A stretch of DNA of 7,390 bases from a virus: IMG/VR virus record IMGVR_UViG_3300048926_000237, positions 1 through 7,390 of that record; one strand, written 5' to 3'. This document shows, in pieces, positions 4,628-7,390 of the stretch; positions within the stretch are counted from its first letter, which is position 1; each line of letters begins with the position of its first letter. The translations under genes and the position numbers were made by a program. Under the pieces are notes generated by a model that made no database searches, had not been told where the DNA came from, and saw only the letters and a list, made by a program, of their open reading frames with translations.

Positions 4628-4907
4628 CGTACGCATCAAAATCACTTCGACTGATGTTGAGGAAAAGTCCGGCACAAATGCCCGCGGCCCGTGGAAGATC
4701 GTCGAGCAGGAAGCGTATATGTTCAAGTCCGGTGACGAGTTCCCGGAAAAGATTGTTCTCGCCCTGGATAACAACTCCCCGGCCTATGAGCCCGGCATGT
4801 ATGAACTCGACGAAAAATCCATCTACGTCGGCAAGTTCAAGCAGCCACAACTGCGTATGCGTCTCCGCCCACTAGCCGCCGTCGCCCAACAGCAAAAGGT
4901 CAGCTAA
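4617..4907 (+). CDS. gV-like ssDNA-binding protein (96 aa)
   Basis: ATG 4617 is preceded by GAGGAAAG. The size, position before the coat gene and sequence pattern (MPFNVRIKITSTDVEEKSGTNARGPWKIVEQEAYMF...FPEKIVLALD...PGMYELD) resemble the Pf3 ssDNA-binding protein as recalled (MNIQITFTDSVRQGTSAKGNPYTFQEGFLHL...). Confidence 0.8.
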   Translation: MPFNVRIKITSTDVEEKSGTNARGPWKIVEQEAYMFKSGDEFPEKIVLALDNNSPAYEPGMYELDEKSIYVGKFKQPQLRMRLRPLAAVAQQQKVS

Positions 4908-4935
4908 GCCAGAATTTTGCGTAGCAAAAACTGGC
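4908..4935 (+). other. Interrupted hairpin between the gV-like gene and the next RBS
   Basis: GCCAG (4908..4912) pairs with CTGGC (4931..4935), and TTTTGC (4915..4920) pairs with GCAAAA (4924..4929), with loop GTA. No T-run follows, and the GAGG RBS begins at 4937. Confidence 0.45.
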
Positions 4936-4948
4936 TGAGGAACGCGCA

Positions 4949-5161
4949 ATGAATTTCTTAGGCTGTGACGGTGTTTGGTTGCTCAACGCAGATGGCACCA
5001 CTGTTTGCCAAGGCAACATGAAGACTTTCACAGTTCAGGAAATGCGGGACCACTTGACCCCCGCTATGTCGCTCACTCAGAAAGCAGAACTTACGGGCGC
5101 ATTGGTTACGCTCTTTGTTCTGGTCTTTGTGGGCAAGAAACTTCGCACCATCACTCAATAA
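4949..5161 (+). CDS. Small membrane protein in the pVII/pIX position (70 aa; C-terminal TM LTGALVTLFVLVFVG then KKLR)
   Basis: GAGGA (4937..4941) lies 7 nt before the ATG. It sits between the ssDNA-binding and major coat genes, where Ff encodes its minor cap proteins. Shorter internal starts (MKTF..., MSLT...) cannot be excluded. Confidence 0.55.
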   Translation: MNFLGCDGVWLLNADGTTVCQGNMKTFTVQEMRDHLTPAMSLTQKAELTGALVTLFVLVFVGKKLRTITQ

Positions 5162-5172
5162 AGGATGCACTT

Positions 5173-5412
5173 ATGAAACGCACTCAACTGAAACTCAACG
5201 CCATGTGCAAAAAGTTCGGCCCGGCTGCCGCGACCATCGCCCTGGCCACCCTGGCTTCGCCTGTGTTCGCTGCTGAAGGCGACATCGACATCAGCAAGGG
5301 CCTGCTGTACATCGGTGGCGGTCTTGTTGCCGCTGGTGCCCTGGTTGCCGCAATGATCGGTCTCGTGACCCTGATCGGCGCCGGCAAGAAAGCTCAACGC
5401 GCCGGGACCTAA
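5173..5412 (+). CDS. gVIII-like major coat protein precursor (79 aa; predicted 33-aa signal peptide plus 46-aa mature protein)
   Basis: AAGGA RBS at 5161..5165. Signal peptide ends PVFA, followed by mature AEGDIDISKG (acidic), GLLYIGGGLVAAGALVAAMIGLVTLIGAG (hydrophobic) and KKAQRAGT (basic). The mature AEGD N-terminus matches Ff pVIII (AEGDD...). Followed by a strong terminator. Confidence 0.88.
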   Translation: MKRTQLKLNAMCKKFGPAAATIALATLASPVFAAEGDIDISKGLLYIGGGLVAAGALVAAMIGLVTLIGAGKKAQRAGT

Positions 5413-5436
5413 TACCACGCTGTAACTGCTGCACCA

Positions 5437-5468
5437 AGCCCGCTCGTATAACACGGGCGGGCTTTTTT
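5437..5468 (+). terminator. Rho-independent terminator after the major coat gene
   Basis: AGCCCGCTCGT (5437..5447) pairs with ACGGGCGGGCT (5453..5463), with one G-T pair and a 5-nt loop. The hairpin runs into TTTTTT (5463..5468). Confidence 0.85.
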
Positions 5469-5488
5469 ATTGCCCGGAGATTGTTTAA

Positions 5489-7003
5489 ATGGGGAACTTA
5501 CTATGTACCTTAACCCGGAAGATGTGGTCTTTCTCGGCGTGCTGTTTGCTCTTGGGCTTCTTTGCACAGGGCGCTAGTGCTGATGCCTATTATTGGAAGT
5601 TCCGAGATAACGCACCGCACCCCAGCCCACGCGCTGCCTGTAAAGTCGAAGCGGATAAACTTATTAGCGATGGCGGCAAATTCATAGCTGGTACTATTAA
5701 ATCTGTCACCCTCCTTGCTGATGACTATGCTGAGTGTATTGTTACCGCTCCCCGTGAATATGGTGGCGGCGATTTCAAATATACAATTATTCGCGGCGGA
5801 ACTTACTGTGAACCCCCATCCGTTTATAACTCCCAAACTGGCTCATGTGACACACCCGTAAGCAAGTGCGAGGAAAAGACCGGCAAAGAAACCGGTTTTC
5901 AGACTTCCGCTAAAGACTTGCTCTGGGAAGCCTGTATATCCGGATGCGCAGTTGCCGTTACCGGAATCCCCACTGTCAGCCAGCCGAAAACCTTTGGCCC
6001 AATGTTCGCTTACCACACTGGCATTTTTACCGGCGAGGAGTGCCCCCAGGACACGCCAGGTGCTGACACCGAACCACCCCCGCCAGCACCTACAGAAGAC
6101 GAAGAAGAGCAGGACTGCGGCCCAACAGAGCGCGTTGAGGACGCAGAGGGCAGGATTCACCTCATCAACAAGTGCACCACTACCACCACCAATCGCGACA
6201 ACCAGGGCTGTGCTGCCAGGGGCGGCTCGATTGGCACCATCAAGGGCGTCCAAGCCTGCATTGAGCAGCAGAAAGGCCCCAAAACGACAGAAACCAAGAA
6301 GGAAGAAACCAAGACCGAGACCAAGAATCCGGACGGCAGCAAGAAGAACGAAAACACCACAACCACCACCAAAACCGAGTGCAAGGGCGGTGTCTGCACC
6401 ACGACCACTACCACCACTAACAACAGCACCAAAACCAACGCTGACGGCTCTCCTGGCGGTTCATCGTCCAACTGCAAGGGTGATAAGTGCCCAGGTACTG
6501 GCACTGGCGGCAACGGTGGTGGCGGTGGTGGATCGTCCGGCAACGGCGACCAGGGCGACGAAGAAACCCCCAAATCAAGCGTAGGCGGGGAGGCGTGTGA
6601 TGCTGCAGTCACCTGCACCGGTGATGCCGTCCAGTGCGCCATTCTCCGTCAGCAGAAAACCGCCCAGTGCGATGCCGCCAAGTTTCGCGAGGTCACCCCG
6701 AAGAAAGAGGCTGAACTCAAGACCAGCATCGAGACTGAGTTTTCCGGCGAGAAGTATTCGCCCATCAAGGCCGACGCTGACAGCACTTTCACCCTTGACG
6801 GAATGATCGACACCAGCAGCCGCTTTTCCAAGGTTTGCCCGGCCATCCCCGAATTCTCGTTCCCGTCCATCGACGGTCAGTCCATCAGCGTTTCCATGAC
6901 CTGGGTCGCCGACTGGTGCCAGTACCTGGTCTGGATCGGCTACCTGATTGTCGCCTTTGGCATGCGCCGCGCTGCCGAAATCATCGCAGGAGGTATGAAC
7001 TAA
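5489..7003 (+). CDS. gIII-like adsorption / minor coat protein (504 aa)
   Basis: GGAGA RBS at 5476..5480. Signal peptide ends ...LLLGFFAQGASA before DAYYW. Cys-containing N-terminal domains are separated by Pro-rich (EPPPPAPTEDEEE), Thr/Lys-rich and Gly-rich (GGNGGGGGGSSGNG) linkers. The C-terminal block CTGDAVQCAILRQQ...C is followed by the membrane anchor YLVWIGYLIVAFGM, resembling TspB-type/pIII C-terminal domains. An alternative start is ATG 5522. Confidence 0.85.
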   Translation: MGNLLCTLTRKMWSFSACCLLLGFFAQGASADAYYWKFRDNAPHPSPRAACKVEADKLISDGGKFIAGTIKSVTLLADDYAECIVTAPREYGGGDFKYTIIRGGTYCEPPSVYNSQTGSCDTPVSKCEEKTGKETGFQTSAKDLLWEACISGCAVAVTGIPTVSQPKTFGPMFAYHTGIFTGEECPQDTPGADTEPPPPAPTEDEEEQDCGPTERVEDAEGRIHLINKCTTTTTNRDNQGCAARGGSIGTIKGVQACIEQQKGPKTTETKKEETKTETKNPDGSKKNENTTTTTKTECKGGVCTTTTTTTNNSTKTNADGSPGGSSSNCKGDKCPGTGTGGNGGGGGGSSGNGDQGDEETPKSSVGGEACDAAVTCTGDAVQCAILRQQKTAQCDAAKFREVTPKKEAELKTSIETEFSGEKYSPIKADADSTFTLDGMIDTSSRFSKVCPAIPEFSFPSIDGQSISVSMTWVADWCQYLVWIGYLIVAFGMRRAAEIIAGGMN

Positions 7004-7311
7004 TGCCCGCAATCATCGGCTTGTTTCTCCGCGCTCTTGCCTGGGCGCTCCCTGGTCTCGGCTGGAGCCTGCTCAAGGGCCTCGGCTTCGGTGCAGTCAC
7101 CTTTACCGGCGTATCCCTCGCCATGGATCAGGCCAAGGGCTACGTCTTCTCCAGCCTCGGCGCGTTGCCCACTGCCTGGCTCCAGTTGCTCGGCGTCCTG
7201 CAGATCGACGTGTATTTCAACATCCTGTTTTCCGCCTACGTTGCCCGCGCTGTGCTGTGGGGCATGAACAAAAGCGGCTCCAAATCCAGCATGCGCTGGC
7301 TCGGCAAGTAA
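7003..7311 (+). CDS. pVI-like minor coat / DUF2523-like membrane protein (102 aa)
   Basis: The ATG overlaps the pIII-like stop (TAATG, 7001..7005). The protein is multi-TM and hydrophobic (MPAIIGLFLRALAWALPGLGW...). It lies between the adsorption protein and zot, as in Pf-type phages. The track ORF start at 6835 lies inside the previous gene. Confidence 0.85.
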   Translation: MPAIIGLFLRALAWALPGLGWSLLKGLGFGAVTFTGVSLAMDQAKGYVFSSLGALPTAWLQLLGVLQIDVYFNILFSAYVARAVLWGMNKSGSKSSMRWLGK

Positions 7312-7390
7312 GAGGCTTACCCCATGCTGATCATTCGTACCGGCCTGCCAGGTGCAGGCAAGACCCTCAACGCCATTCGCGAAATCGACC
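7264..7390. repeat. Terminal redundancy, copy 2 (identical to 1..127)
   Basis: Same comparison. It contains the 3' end of the pVI-like gene, a GAGG RBS and the first 67 nt of the zot-like gene. Confidence 0.98.
7324..7390 (+). CDS. zot: 5' fragment of the zot-like gene (duplicate of 61..127; window overrun)
   Basis: Identical to 61..127 and part of the terminal overlap. Confidence 0.9.
   Translation, partial: MLIIRTGLPGAGKTLNAIREID

Larger units (their letters stand above)
1..7390. mobile_element. Complete circular filamentous phage (inovirus-like) genome; 7263-bp unit plus 127-bp overrun
   Basis: Full Ff-like gene set in canonical order (rep, ssDNA-binding, major coat, adsorption protein, pVI-like, Zot/pI-like). 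Exact end-to-end overlap closes the circle. Genes are almost all on one strand, with several overlapping stop/start junctions. Confidence 0.9.

Noticed and set aside
5952-6584. 210-aa +2-frame ORF and the 161-aa minus-strand ORF (6157..6642) inside the adsorption-protein gene
   Set aside because: These are Pro/Arg/Ala-rich or poly-Val translations created by the ACC/GGT/AAG repeat tracts of the pIII-like linkers. The main frame has a signal peptide, domains and a membrane anchor.
6835-7002. Upstream extension of the pVI-like ORF (track start 6835)
   Set aside because: It overlaps 168 nt of the adsorption-protein gene. The TAATG junction at 7001..7005 gives a hydrophobic N-terminus typical of the family.

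Overview
The window is a complete, circularly closed genome of a filamentous ssDNA phage (Inoviridae-like, Ff/Pf-type). The unit length is 7263 bp, and bases 1..127 are repeated exactly at 7264..7390, so the window overruns the circle by 127 bp. All genes but one are on the + strand, in the classic inovirus order. That order is gII-like rolling-circle Rep (2954..4084), three translationally coupled small ORFs, a gV-like ssDNA-binding protein, a small membrane protein, and a gVIII-like major coat protein followed by a strong intrinsic terminator. Then come a gIII-like adsorption protein, a gVI-like protein and a Zot/pI-like assembly ATPase (61..1341). The remaining ~1.6 kb (1342..2953) is the regulatory and accessory module. 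It holds a 36-aa membrane peptide, a dif-like half site, two small ribbon-helix-helix (VapB/DUF2191-like) proteins, a hairpin cluster, and a minus-strand XRE/Cro-C1 repressor facing rep across a three-operator promoter region. The two RHH proteins flank an array of six TGTTAGCA octamers with alternating 44/23-bp spacing. No integrase or pIV-type secretin gene is present. The least explained and most interesting part is the RHH pair plus the octamer array. All functional calls come from reading the translations by eye; no database search was run.
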